Positions 50,639-63,660 are shown, numbered from the whole stretch's first letter. The stretch is 63,660 nt of DNA, filler included, from Sphacelaria rigidula (GCA_964200075.2; 9 parts of 9 records of this genome joined end to end with filler, not necessarily neighbours in it), one strand, 5' to 3'. The notes: a model not told the origin generated them from the sequence alone. Program-made: numbers and translations.

Positions 50639-51198
50639 GATAGTTTTGTGAGACATTCATAAAACAGCCACCCTGACTGAGAAACGTTTGATGAATCCGG
50701 ATTCACAGCATGATTGCCAAAACTATCACCGTTATCTTGATCATTATATCAACAACCCACAAAAATGTCACAGATACTGTGATAGGTGTAATGCGTGAGA
50801 GGACCGCGTGCTTAGAGGACCGCACCAGAATTTGAACACCCCTATGGTTCGGGTTCGGGTTCGGGTTCGGGTTCGGGTTAGTGTTGGGGTTGGGGTCAGG
50901 GGCGTGGTCCCTGCAGGGACTGGCCCGATTGGTTTTGCAAAACGTCGATCCTGAGGTGTTTAGGACTACGATGCGGTTCTCTAAGCACGCGATCTACTCA
51001 TGCATTACAATGGGTGTGTGAAGAAGTCACGAAACAGCGACCGCACCTGTGATGTTTTTGATTAATCAAGATCCACAAAATGATTCCTTAACTCACACTG
51101 TTGCGTTGATCATTCCGTGAAATATTCACGAATGTCACCGAAACGTTAGTGGGTTTGTGAATCGGGATTCACAAGATGGTTCACAAAAATTTCACCAA

Positions 51199-51494
51199 CA
51201 ACGGTTTTGTGAGACTGAGAGTAGAGCGCTGATTGAGAGTGGCTCTGATTATTCGCTTCAACTCGGTCAAGCTTTCATTCCGTGTGTGTTTCTTTTTCCC
51301 TCCATCACTGGCGTATGCTCACAGCTACACGTCGATATCCTACTCAGGGGGTTTAAGGGCCTCAGTGGCAAGCTACCACAGAAGGCATGTAAAGCCTTGT
51401 GGAGGGGCATTTCGGAAGTCAAACGATTCAATCGCTAATTGACCGCTCTTCATTCTCAATCGCATCCTCTGCTCTCAATCTCACAAGATCATTG
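51199..51494. mobile_element. hAT-like MITE (caacggttttgtgagactgagagtagag...ctctgctctcaatctcacaagatcattg)
   Basis: ~26-bp imperfect TIRs with flanks ttcaccaa/ttcaccgt. Confidence 0.7.
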
Positions 51495-53720
51495 TTCACC
51501 GTATTGGTGGTTATTCTGTGAACAGTTTGCCGAAACGTCACAAAAATGGTGATAGACTTGTGAATAGTTCACAAAACAGCCACGACTGCTGCCTATATTT
51601 CTGCTGGAGCGAGACTCACAAAGTGATTCCCACAACTATCCCTGTTGTGCCGATCATACCGTGGAATATTCACGAAACTGTCCACATTTCCGTGATGAAT
51701 TTGCGGAGAGTTGACGCAACCGTCACGGTTCCCGTGATGCTTTGTGAATGTAGATTCATATGATCACCGTTGCGTCAAGTATTATCACGTTAGTAAGTCT
51801 TGAAATGCAACTTTTCGGTGATGGGGTTGTGAAAATTTCGCGAGATAGCCACCGTCTATAACAACACCTATGATTAATATATACTCTTTACAAAAGTATT
51901 CCCAAACGTATCATTGTCGCACTGATCACTCTGTGAAGAACGCACAAAAAATGTGATCGAAACGGTCATAGTTTCATGAAGAATTGATAAAGCAACCAGT
52001 GTTCACGTGATACCTTTGATGAGTCCGGATTCACAACACGGTTCACACAATTATCACCGTTGCGGTCATCACAATGTCAACAGTTCGCCAAAATGTCGCC
52101 ACAACGATAAGCAGTTAATGAAAAACTCACAAAACAGCCACCGTTCCCGTGATGCATTGATGAATCCAGGTTCACAAAATGATTGCCGAAACTATCACTG
52201 TTGCGCTAATCATTCTGCGAAGTATTCGCGAAAATGTCTCCATTTTGGTGATGATTCTGTGAACAATTTACAACAGTCACACCGTTCCCGTGATGCTTTG
52301 TGAATTTTTATTCACAAAGGTCGATGTTGAAGAAACTGTTCGAGTAGCCCAGATTCACTGCATAATTCCCAAGACTATAACCTCTACGTTAATTGCTCTG
52401 TGAACTATTCCCACAAATGTCACGAGAACGGTGATAGGTTTGTGAAGCGTTCACAAAACAGCCATCGTCCCCGTGATACGTTTGATTATTCCAGGCTCAC
52501 AAAATACTTAACAACACTACTACCGTGATTTCGGCCGTTATTCTGTGCACAGTCTAGAATGCGTGGAAGGACCGCGTGCTTTTTGGACCGCATCAGAGTT
52601 TAACACCCCCATGGTTGGGGCTAAAGTTAGGGATAGTGTTGGGGCTAGGGTCAGGGGCGCGGTCCCTGCAGGGAATAGCCCGAGCGGTCTTGAAAACGTC
52701 AATCCTAGGGTGTTTTGATCTCCGATGCGATCCAAAAAGCACGCGGTCCTCTCACGCACTACACCGGTCCACCAAATCACCAACGTTGATTTGATTATTT
52801 TGTGGAGCATTCCCAAAAGTGTCACCGTTTTGGTTATGGTGCTGTGAAGAATTTACAAAACGGTCGCCGTACCTATGATGCTTTGTGAATCTGGGTTCAC
52901 AGTGATCACCGTTGCGTTAATCTTCCTGTGAGAAATTCCCTAAATTGTTCCGGTGTTGGTTTTACAATATGTGACGAAGCAGATATAATTCTTGTGATAC
53001 GTTCGAGGAATCTAGATTCGTATATTAATTCCCAAGAGCATCACCGTTGCGTTGATCATTGACGGGTCAAGAATTCACAAAACGTCAACGCTTCGGTGAT
53101 GGTTTTGTGGAGAATTCGCTGGATTCCATCGATTGTTTTGTTCAGGACCAGAGTATAAGATGGGGGGAGCGATACAATCACAAAAGGCGAGACTTGTGAT
53201 CTTGCCATGCGGGCTCTAGTCAAGTGCAGATCCTTCCAGCGGTATCGTCAAGGCGGTCTGATCAGCCACCCATCACCGTCACGTGAAAATATGCTCAAGA
53301 TCGTTCGGGTGTTGAGAGACATGGACGATTGGTTCGCAAATCCTGCTATCGTCGCGTTTACGAAGGGATCACAGGCGGGTCGAGTACTCATAGCCACTGC
53401 ACCCGGAAACGGGTCACACAACGAAGTCTCAAAGAAGCTATCGGACCGCTGCAGAGGGGGTTCTTCGACGAGAGTTCCACGAGAAGGAAACGCGAACTAC
53501 ACGTCGAGGACCTCATAGACCTGTGACTACCAGTACGGATATTGGTGGCACGCGTTCAGCCTGTGTCGCACGCGATGCGATCAATGTAATTATTATATCG
53601 TTGACCGGGGCTTCGGCAACGGACAGTGGGTAAGCACTACAGTGTGTTCCCTCCACAGCTCCGTCTCGAGAAGGATGCATGGTCGATGGTCAAACGACAG
53701 AGGCAAGCACCGAATGAGTT

Positions 53721-53764
<44 letters not shown>

Positions 53765-56700
53765 ACAAGCCCCCCCCCCACCCCCCCCCACCCCCCCACC
53801 GCCCACCAACCTAGTAAGAGAAGAAGCANNNNNNNNNNCCCCAGCCCCGTCTCGAGAAGGAGGCATGGGCGAGGGTAAAACGACAGAGGCAAGCCCCGAA
53901 TGGGTTCCCCCCCCCCCCCCCCCGGACCTCTTCTACGAAAGGCGCGATGTATTCCCTCACAAGTATTCTACCTGCCCTCAAATTAGATATGTGGCAGAAC
54001 GGGGGAACGGACCAGGCGTCACGACTGCTTCGATATCAACTGCCCTAGAGCGCTGGCTCTGATCACCGATGTCACCCACGATGACACGCAACCGTCGCCC
54101 AGCAAAACGAAGGCTAAAGGCGACGCCAGCGCATGACTTCATGGCGCTCCTCGCTTGATCACTCCCTAGATTACCTTCAACCCGAGAGATGTTAAACTTA
54201 GAGGGCACGCGTCTTGTCGCCACTGTCACGGACCTACATGAGACCGTGTGTGAAACTTTAATGGGTGCGGTCTCGCCCAACCATTGGAGTGATGTTGCAC
54301 TACTGTGATGTGTCAACCGTCGCTCATAGCTATCTCACGAACAATGATCATCAGTCCTGATGAGGCTCTTTATTTCTGCGTCGGACAAGAGAGAGTCTAG
54401 TATACTCAAGTATAAACGCATGCTGCAATCCCAGAGCCCTCCATGAGCATCCAACGCGCACCTCAGACCCTGCCTCTGAGACGAGCAACCCGCCTGGGCA
54501 CGGATTATTGCACCTCATGTAGTTACGGTACTTATTTCACTTTTTCACGCTGCCGTCCCTCCCCATCCCATGTATTCTCGTCGTCTATCCTATCTTACCT
54601 CGTTCTTTGGATGATGACGTAGTTCCGGGAGGGCAATAACATGAAGATCGACAGCATATCGAGGTCTGCATTCGTCAACCGAACCTCCTTCGATCCAGTC
54701 GAACAACCCTTACGATGCTGTCTGTGCCCACATTGCTGTGTGGGCAAGTTGGTTATGAAGTCGCCGGTACGCATGCAGTCGCAGCTCCATGTTGGAGATC
54801 TCTCCGGATGGCATTGCAGCTGCCGATGTGATCTTCATACGTACGGCGGTTACAATCAATTCCTCCCAACTTCTCGCGTAAAAAAGGTATCCAGCACCAT
54901 GGAGCTGCATGGCAAGATTCTCTGCGACAGGGTTTTCTTGTACAGGACAGAAGTGGAGGGGCGATATCGCTGCACACCGCTGTGCGTGCATCATGAGACT
55001 CTGCCCAACATGCGACAAGAACCAAAGGCGATTCTCAATGCATCTCCCCAGTTCGTGGCGGGCTGCGAGGACGCCGCTGACAGTCCGGTTTTCGCTACAG
55101 AACAAGAGCTCAAGTGAGAGGTCTTCTTCACGGTTGACGATAACGGAAATGAGATTTGACCACCCCGGCGAGGAGAGCAGTCTTCTGTGTCTTAAACACA
55201 GCAGACTAGCTTCGGCGGTGATGAATGGAAGCCATAGAGGGCAAGTACGTCTGCGACCCCTAGGAAGATGAGTTTCGATATTCGTCGACATTTAGACTTG
55301 TTGCGTCATACGGAGCTTCGTCCCTTACCCCCACCCTCCCTGCCTGATTTTCGAAACCAGGGCTGAGGTCGGCGGTCAGTAGTACCACGAGACGGGTGCA
55401 CATTCTACGCCAAGAGTTGTCTTAGGTCAAGCACTTGGGCCCACACATTCTTATTGAGATGATCCACAACGTTGGAGCCGGAGCAGCTTTCCTTGCACCC
55501 GTATTTTGACACCACTCAGGTGGCCTGTCAACTAACCCCGCGTCAAGGTCGTCGTGATGACGAGCGCCGTTCGATGTTTCCCCCACTCTCCCAATCACTC
55601 GTGGTTGTAGGCTGCACACATCCCATGTACCGGTGGTTTCTCCTCCCTTTTCTCCCGCAATCGGGTCATGTTGTCGATGTCGCTCGCCCCTACCCCCCCA
55701 GCCAACCCCCCCCCCTTCCCCCCTGTCGCTAGGAATGAAAACCGGACCCGAGGAAGGCAAATCATCGTATGCCTGTGCCTCATGAAGGCATGAAACCGAG
55801 CATGAACATCGCACATTATCGCACAGGATACCCAGCGTCTGCTATGCGGCCGTCGTCGGCGCGGGCGGTGGTGTGGACAAAGGGCTTAACGATAGCCTTT
55901 TTGGTGAACATAAGACCAATTACACTCCGCCTCTTCCCTCCCCGCCGGCGGAAAATGATGCAACGCGTGGCTTTCAGCGAGATGATATCCACTCTCGAAG
56001 GAGGGCATATGAAAGTGGAAGCGGGCTTCAAGAGCGCTACACACACGACGAACAGGACGAGGTGCAATCCTAACACCGGACCCATAACCCCACCACAACC
56101 TTTCCTGGACGAGTCTTCTTCCGACTCGACGACAAGGTATGGGTATACTCATTTGTCGTCGCGAGCGACGACACATCGCAATAAAACGCCTGGGCACAGC
56201 ATGTTTTCAACAGATTGTTCCGAACAAAAAACTCATGCTGAATAGGGTCGTAGCCGCACCCGTGAACGGTTTGAAACTGATAACTGCGCGAAGCGCTTAA
56301 ATGTGCGACGTCGTTCGTGTATGGCAGACACTTCGTGTATGGCAGAGATTGTGGTCCGTTTGCTTTATACTAGAATCTGACGCCTAATCTTGGCTTCGGG
56401 CTGTGCAAGGTCAGCAGAACTAAGAAGGTCGCTTTTTCCGGCACGGTAGGCACTGCTCTAGCGCGTAAAACTAACGAGTCATCCTATGATAGGGGGCGTA
56501 CTCATGTGTTGCTTGCCTTAGTCGTTTGACCATTGACCACGCATCCCTTTCGAGACGGAGCATTACGATAGGGGGANNNNNNNNNNNNNNNNNNNNNNNN
56601 NNNNNNNNNNNNNNNNNNNNTTAATTAATTAANNNNNNNNNNNNNNNNNNNNNNNNNNNNNNNNNNNNNNNNNNNNAAAATGGACACAATCCCGGGGAGC

Positions 56701-56849
56701 GGTTGATTCTCATTTCAAAATACGTTCTCATTTTTCTGGCAACCCTGTTATATATGTATATGCTTGCACCATACAGCGAACAAGCCGGATTTTATTGCAT
56801 ACAGGAATATGAGCGAGGACAAAGGCTCAAGATGTCAAGACCATTTGTT

Positions 56850-57165
56850 TTCGAACAGGTTGACAGGGGGCCAGGAGTTTCCCTTGTGCGTGCGAACAGG
56901 CTGACAGAGATCCAGGATTTCCCATATGTTTTCGAACAGGTTGACGGGGGACCAGGAGTTTCCCTTGCGCGTACGAACAGGTTGACAGGCATCCAGGAAT
57001 TCCCATGCTGTCCGAACAGGTTGATAGGGGGCCAGGATTTTCTCACGTGTGCCCGAACAGGGTGACAGGCATCCAGGAACTCCCATGCTGTCCCAACAGG
57101 TTGACAGGGGGCCAGGATTTTCCCATGTGTGCCCGAACAGGTTGACATGGAGTCAGAATTCCCTT
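56850..57165 (+). repeat. ~40-bp minisatellite, 8 units, alternating 41 and 39-40 bp (dimeric higher-order repeat)
   Basis: cgaacaggttgacagg-type motif at 56852, 56893, 56933, 56974, 57013, 57054, 57093 and 57134. Confidence 0.92.
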
Positions 57166-58199
57166 GGGAGTCCATGAATTTATTCCTGGCTGTCCCCGAC
57201 ACGTGATACCCTGGCTAAATGCACACGCGTGAACCTGTTTTGTCCGATTATATTGCTGTTCCCTTCGTTCTCCTTCCCCTTCATTTGTTTGTTCGCTATC
57301 ATTATACTGGTAAAGAGCTGCTATTCATGGTACTGGTTCCATCGTTTCTCCCGCCGCTGATGACTGACAATGTTTCTTCCAGACACCGCCCTCGTGACTC
57401 TCGAATCATGGAGATTGTAATACACTGCAATGCATCATTCATAATTAGTTCAATCGGTGTTTTACATCTATATGGCACGTGCGTGCAGGTTTAACGTGTC
57501 GATTATCACATAGTCAAGCTCAAATCGGTGAAAAATGAGTGGAAGCCCCTTGAACCCTCGAGCCCAGCCCTTCTACCCGGCGGGATCCGTCCAACAGCCC
57601 CCCGTGCAAGCACCTTCTCATGCAGCGGTAGGTTGACGCACCTCCTCAGCAGCATTAATCTTTTGTGCGTCCGCCACTGCAGCAGTGTTTTGCGCCACGA
57701 CGATGACAGCAGTATTTTTGCGCCTTTACAATAAAACGCCGCTGAAGCGCCGCAAATGAAATTGCTTAGTGCTCCTCACCAACGGTTTGCACAACCGATC
57801 TTTCCCCCATTTTTCTTCATCGGATACTTCCAGTAACTGGGTCTGCGTTGACATTGTTCATCTTAAGCCAGGTGCAACCAGCAGTGTACATATTCCATGC
57901 TCAGCTGCTGCTGCCGCTGCCGCCGCCTCTGTAGCATCGATCTAGGGACTAGGTTCCACCTAACCCGATGGGTACGCATACAAATATTTCACCCGTCCGG
58001 GGGTACCCCTCCTTCGAACGCCTATTAGCCGAAGCGAGTAGGAACGATGCACAGCAGCTGTGGGTACAAGTTGAAGTTTGGCACCACAGCAAGAGTAGCC
58101 ACCGCTCACCAGTAACGGTGTTACTGGGCACCGGGGCAGTGGGGGGGGAGCTATGCATCGAAACAGTGGTGGAGGTTGTTGGTAACGTGAGGTAAAATA

Positions 58200-61100
58200 G
58201 CAAATAAGTTGCAACGGCAGGGAGCAGGAATTTGGAGGTCCGCTAACCCTAGTAACAGTAAGATACCTCAGAAAAACACTCTAGGGTCAGCGATAATTCC
58301 TATTCTTTTTCGCACAAAGGATAAGTTAATAAAGGTATGGGTCCGGGTGGCCCATGGATTACCATATGGATTTATTCCGGCAGCGAGCTTCTTCAGGAGA
58401 AACAAGAGTACGTTATCTTTCGGAGGGCGATCGAGATTTCGGCCTTCGCCGGAGGCGCCGTGAGTATGGTTCCTGGCTTACAGTCCCCCAAAACTCGGAG
58501 CTGTTGACACCGACCACCGCACCAGCAAGGAGATTCGGCAACTTTGGGCCTCTTCCGTGCTGTCAAGCCAAGCGCGCTCGGTGACGACTCGACGGGGGGG
58601 TTGTCTGGTCGGAACGAACTGGCAGCATCAAATGAGATGTGCAAAAATCTTGCAGTTACGTGGGAGGACGATACTACGCCGCAGTGACTGCTGCATCCAA
58701 CGGAGGATGTAAGCTCAGAAGGTTTCGCTAGCAAGCTAGTCCCGGGCTACGCTCGATCGACGCTAGCATGGGCAGCCGCCTGCGTCACGGTTCGAAAGAA
58801 AGACGGACGGTAGTTTACGACCATGTCAAGATTATCGTGGACTGAACCAACTTCTGGAGTAATACAGTGGCAGTTTGAGGTATATGCAAACCATGTATGG
58901 TGGGCTAGCAGAATCCGAGTACTGTACGAGTGTTGATTCAACGAATGGATTTTTCCAGTTGGAAATAGAGGAAGTATTTTGGCAGCCAAAGAGGTCGTAG
59001 AAGTGATACGCTGATGCGGACTGGAAGGCGTTGGGTTGTGTTGGAGTAAACCAGATTGGAAAGGGGAGGCAGGCTGGTACATACAAGTCCGGGGCGCGAT
59101 TCTTTCCACAACCTTGTGGAAGAAGTGCAACCACAAGGGTTGGTAGGGGACACAAGTCGGGTTGCCCCAACCGAATGGGCCGACCCGGAGTCAGCATCAG
59201 CCAGCGTCGTAAAAACTTTGGTCGAGTCATTCCTCTCATCAACCTCTGTAACAACGCTGATCTTGGAGAGTACTGCTGTGATGGCGCGCTCTCCTGGTGA
59301 GAACAAGCTCGTTGCTCCGTGTTGAGCAGAGCTGGGGGTCTCACTGAGCAGGCCTCAGTCTCAGCCGTGCAGGTGGGCGCACCGTATCGAAAGAGACGGA
59401 CCTATGTAGTCGCCTTGAAAGCTGATCGTCGGAGGAAAGGACAACTGCGAGCGTGGAAGCAGTAAGTGGAAACGTACACCGTCGCCTGCCCCACGTTGGG
59501 TTAGCGATTAGGGCGGACAAGTATTTATATTTCTGGTGCCGACAGGACAGGGCAAGGCGATTCACACTTCCGAGAATCCGATGACTAGATTATTTCGTTC
59601 TCAGCTGACGAAAGGGAAACCAAGGCGCGAGGAGTTCAGACCCCATGAGGCGGACGTAGGTGGATAGGAAGAAGCAGTCGAGCTGGAAAAAGATGATTTT
59701 GTGAAAGTTGCGACTACGCTCGACTGTTACAAAACACCACCCCAGTGAATAACGACGTAATGCCATAGATTGTGGCTAAGTTCGTTCACCCGTGGATGAT
59801 GAAGGCGGTTATATCAAGTGGAAGCAGAAGTTTTGTTCAGCCTGACTCATATCCAGGGTGAGGATGAGGATTTGAGCACGCTCGCTGCGATGTGAGACGA
59901 CGTAGAGTTACCACAGGCTTGGGGAGCCGCTGTAACTCGTTCGTCGATTCAAGAGGCTGAACGGAAGTTAGACCGAGGCCCTGGTGGGGGGAGGCTCCAC
60001 CTGAGGAGCCACGGATACCAGGAAAAGGTAGCCCTCAGATCGTTCTCGAGCAGGCGAGAGTGATTCTGATGAACAAGCTGCGACTAGTTTTGCTGCAAGA
60101 GCGGGACTCCCGGCTTGAGCTCATCAGGGAGAGGTTAATGTTGGAGAAAATGACGAAGGTACAGGTTAGAGGCAGAACGCGTACGTTCCAAAATGATGAT
60201 CTTCTATGGTATACCTCACCTAGGACACCAGGTAAGTTGGGCACCAAGTAAGTTGGCTATTCCACGCAGTATAGTGCCTGGCCTGCTCGCGTTGGTGCAC
60301 ACTACGCAAGGGGACGCCGGAGTGATGAAAACGACTGTAGTGGTTGACGCACGCTATGAGTGACCCGGTCTTTCCGTCGATACTCGCAAGCACGTGCTGT
60401 CTTGTGGATGTCGCCAACGCAAACGTACTATTAGTCACACCATAACGGTGCGACCCACCCGCTTCTTGTAGTTCTGGGAGATTTATGTAGATGAACATAT
60501 CAGACATAAAGCAGATTTCTACTTCTGGTAATCAGTAATTGTTGGTTGTTATGGATCAAGCAACCAAGTTCTCTTTGCTATTTCACTAGCAGCCCAAGGT
60601 TACACGCACGTAGTTAGAGGTCTGCTGAAACTGTTCTTGACGCTCGAAACGCCCTATTTTCTTTGAAGTGACGCTGGGGGGAGTTCACTCCGGAAGTAGT
60701 AAACCATGTATGCCATGTGGATGAAGGTGAAACTGGATCATGATTCCGCAGATCACCCTCGCGATCAGGGCGCCCTGGAAAGATACCGAGAGTGGTTGCG
60801 TGGCGTTTTAGCTGAGCTATGTGAGCAGGGTCTGGAATGGTGGGACGAGTATGTGTATCCTGCTGTATGGATTCATCATACTACTTCCGACCAGTCACTG
60901 CCGCATAGCTCAACGCGATTAATGCTGCTTTTGAGCGCGAGCCTCGCACCCAAGTCGACTCTGTGTCACCTGAAGCAGAATCCCTACCGTTGAATAACAC
61001 GGTAGAGCAACATCGACAAAATTGAAGGACGTTCATGAGCTGTTAACCCAACGTCACCGGCGTAGGGAAGAGGTATAATATATGATGCTAATCAAAGAGT

Positions 61101-62150
61101 CTGACAGCTCCCTTCTGAACGAAGATATACCGGCCAAATTTGTACACGACTTGTAGACTGGGCCGGGAACGGTGCAGTAGGGGGTGATACCAGGTCTCAA
61201 TCTTGAGGTCAAAATGCAGGTGCGTAAAGTACAAGAGCGAACGGTGTTCGCGGCCAACGTGGAGAAATTTCATGTGCACCCAGAACAGCTGCAGCATTCA
61301 GGTCCAGGCGAGGTCTGTTAGCTAGCTTGGGGGGGCACATTTAGGGTTGGCTGAGGACATCACGTCCACACCTCTACTATATACTCTGATGGATGGGAAA
61401 GCAGTGCTGGGCCCAGGATCGTCGTGAGGGTGAGAACATCAACGATTGTTTCACGACGGAGCTGAACCACACTGGCTTTCAGAGGAAAAGATTTGGACAG
61501 TTTCACTGAGTTACAGTTGGACGTGTTTCCATGTCTTGTGGGAATTATTTCAACCGCAGACCAGGCCCCGTCCATCCGATACACCATCTCGAGCAGAGAG
61601 GAGCTCAATTGCGCGGTAGATCCTCCGATGTACCAAGATCCGCAAACGGTTTACGGACAGCCCAGAGCGGTCAACAAGATCAGGGACTTCTCCGGATTGG
61701 ATGGGGTCGTTTCCGTACGGTGTTTAAATTTCCTACGTGGTCTAACCCGGCAGAGCGGTCAACAAGATGAAGGACTTCTCCAGACTGGGTGGGATCGTTT
61801 CTGTATGGTGTTTAAATTCCCTACGTGGTCTAACCCGACAGAGCGGTCAACAAGATCAAGGACTGCTCCAGGCTGGATGGGATCGTTTCTGTATGGTGTT
61901 TAAATTCCCTACGTGGTCTAACCCGGCAGAGCGGTCGACAAGATCAAGGACCCCCCCCCTGGGCGGGATAGAATCGTTCCTGCGCGGTGTTGAAATGCCC
62001 TACGCGGTATAACCCAGCAAAACGATTTCTAAGATCGACGGCTACACCAAGACGCCGAGTACTCGGGAAGAGGGACATGGTAACGCGGCGATCCATCGTG
62101 TGAGCCACGTTCAGTCCCAGGGTTTTTCAACCCTAGGACTGAGGGGGGGT
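58200..62150 (+). mobile_element. Degenerate Ty3/Gypsy LTR retrotransposon internal region: protease, RT, integrase, chromodomain-like tail, PPT
   Basis: LPYGFI.AASFFRRN (protease end, ~58355). WAAACVTVRKKDG/SLRPCQDYRGLN...TSVD..NGFFQLEI (RT, 58765-58975). LLVVMDQATKF, SDAGGEF and HPRDQGALER...WDEYV.PA.W (integrase, 60540-60880). DSFTELQLDVF (~61500). PPT gaggggggg at ~62141-62149. Confidence 0.85.
61663..62035 (+). repeat. 88-bp tandem repeat (~4.2 units) in the 3' non-coding region of the Gypsy element
   Basis: cagagcggtc.acaagat at 61663, 61751, 61839 and 61927. Confidence 0.95.
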
Positions 62151-62400
62151 GTTACGGATCGCGGCGTGGCGTGGTAGATAAGGGCAGTACGATGATGGGC
62201 CGTCGATTCAAAACGACTGACGCGCCCGGAGGGCTGATTGCAGAAACTGGCTAGTACCGCAGTCAGGGGTGAGGCGTTATATAAATCCGTCGAGAGATAG
62301 AATACATAAACATGCCTCTTTATATCTGGTTGGATCCGGTTCTTTCCGAGGACCGCCTCAATCGGGTGCACCCTGGTGTCCACTCCTTTTCGGAAGTGCG
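62150..62400 (+). mobile_element. 3' LTR of the Gypsy element (right boundary uncertain)
   Basis: TG start immediately after the PPT, a tatataaa TATA-like box at ~62278, and homology to 39359. Confidence 0.65.
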
Positions 62401-63660
62401 AAGTCTCGACATCACCAATGAGAGAAAGAGAAAAGAAATCGGCCTTAATCTGCGACCAAGCATATCGTAACGTTCGTCCTGTGTCATTCTGCGTTGGACT
62501 TACCTACATGCTGTGAGCTTACGATTGTTTCAAGAGTAACGGTGAGACAGTAAGGTGTTTGATTCCAGCAGCGAGCAGATGCTAGAAGGTTGACATGATA
62601 GTAAAATCGAACTGTGCCAAATGGAATGGTGAAATGTGTAACCATATATAATAATAAAAGTAAGTCATATTTGCATGAGCTAGCAAAACCTCGTAACTTG
62701 CATGACCGAAATCCTGTTGTTGTTTCGCTCTAGTACTCGACTTGTGCAGTAGAGACATGCATGTGGACAACCACTATGGCCGACACTATTCTGTTTGTAC
62801 GCAATGCCCGCGGACTCCTCCCAGCTTGCACTCCATTGCTCCAAGATGAGCGCAATTTTATTTACTGTCAAGGGTGGTGTTTACCAAACACCTGTTCTAA
62901 TATGGAATTGTCGCCCCTCTCACCGCTCTCGGCGCATTGCGCCTGGAGGTGCGTCCCCTCGTTATAGCCCTGACGGGCGTCCGCCCTTCCTGCGCCCACG
63001 TTATCGCTCAGTCTCCTCACTTCATGTATCATTATTTATCGACACTACACACTTGGCTTGTGGCGCGGTGCGGCTATCCCGCCACCGCCGGTAATTGTGT
63101 ATTGCATGTGGGGTATGAATTCCAGCATCAATTCCTAATTTGAGACCGGTGGTTATGAGCACGCCATACTTAATATCTCTCACGTTTCCAACGGAAAGTG
63201 ATCTTCATACCCGCTGTTCCTGCATCCACATCATGACTCTTTCATGCAACAACAACACATTTTATTGCAACACCACATTTTCTTTCGGTCCTCTCCATAC
63301 CGTAGCACCGACCAATCCTTCAACTTATCGTACATGCTTGGCAGGCAGGCAACCCAGCTACTTTTGTGTGTACGGATGGGTTGTCTGTATGTAGGTATAC
63401 ACTTCTCAGACAGTACAGCACCGCAAGCATTGTTCGCAATACAAAATTTTGGTGACTGCAGCGTGTGTGGTTCTCGAAGCCGTGAACGTGACAAACTTTA
63501 CCCTCTGCATATATGTAGAACGAACTAAATCGTATTGTTTTTCAGGTATAGCTCTGATTGTGTTGGGTTGTGTGGTAAGCCTTTAACAACAAATTTTGCG
63601 AATTGAGGTTTAACTCCGAGATAAGGTTCAAGCCTAAAACAGTGTTTTCCCCACACTTTC

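Larger units (their letters stand above)
49660..53120 (+). repeat. Degenerate ~125-142-bp satellite with palindromic core gtgaatccggattcac
   Basis: Recurring gaatc..gattcacaaa...atcaccgttgcg..atcattctgtgaa...caccgttcccgtgatgctttgtgaat, for example at 49822, 49957, 50083, 52021, 52162 and 52302. Confidence 0.85.

Noticed and set aside
53640-53925. Tandem duplication and poly-Pro ORFs
   Set aside because: A near-duplicate flanks a 10-N gap next to long poly-C runs, typical of low-quality read ends and an unmerged overlap.
56850-57165. CRISPR-like array (conserved cgaacaggttgacagg with variable intervals)
   Set aside because: The intervals are homologous to each other rather than unique spacers, there are no cas genes, and the context is eukaryotic.
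61663-62035. CRISPR-like array
   Set aside because: The whole 88-bp unit is repeated and it lies within an LTR retrotransposon.

Overview
Eukaryotic, intron-rich and repeat-rich DNA, most consistent with a brown alga (Phaeophyceae). That assignment is an inference from roughly 50% GC, short exons in kb-sized introns and the style of the repeats. The window is not one locus. It is nine unplaced scaffolds of 6,985/6,984 bp, apparently sorted by length and joined by artificial 100-nt spacers (N-run, TTAATTAATTAA, N-run), so nothing can be inferred across spacers. Three host genes can be rebuilt exon by exon with GT-AG boundaries and consistent phases: a PAF1-like fragment (3 exons, +, scaffold 1), a cytosolic-type valyl-tRNA synthetase fragment (6 exons, +, scaffold 3), and the 3' five exons of a COG2521-like ('predicted archaeal') SAM-dependent methyltransferase (-, scaffold 2). 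The methyltransferase is the most notable finding. The rest is mobile and repetitive DNA: two LINE RT relics, two Ty3/Gypsy relics, a tRNA-derived SINE family (including inverted pairs), many MITEs (several with readable TSDs), a high-copy G-run element with CTACGATAG termini, two large fold-back hairpins, several minisatellites, a MITE-riddled ~140-bp satellite and decayed coding relics of unknown family. Most ORFs in the supplied track are spurious. All family assignments come from motif recognition by eye; no searches were run.
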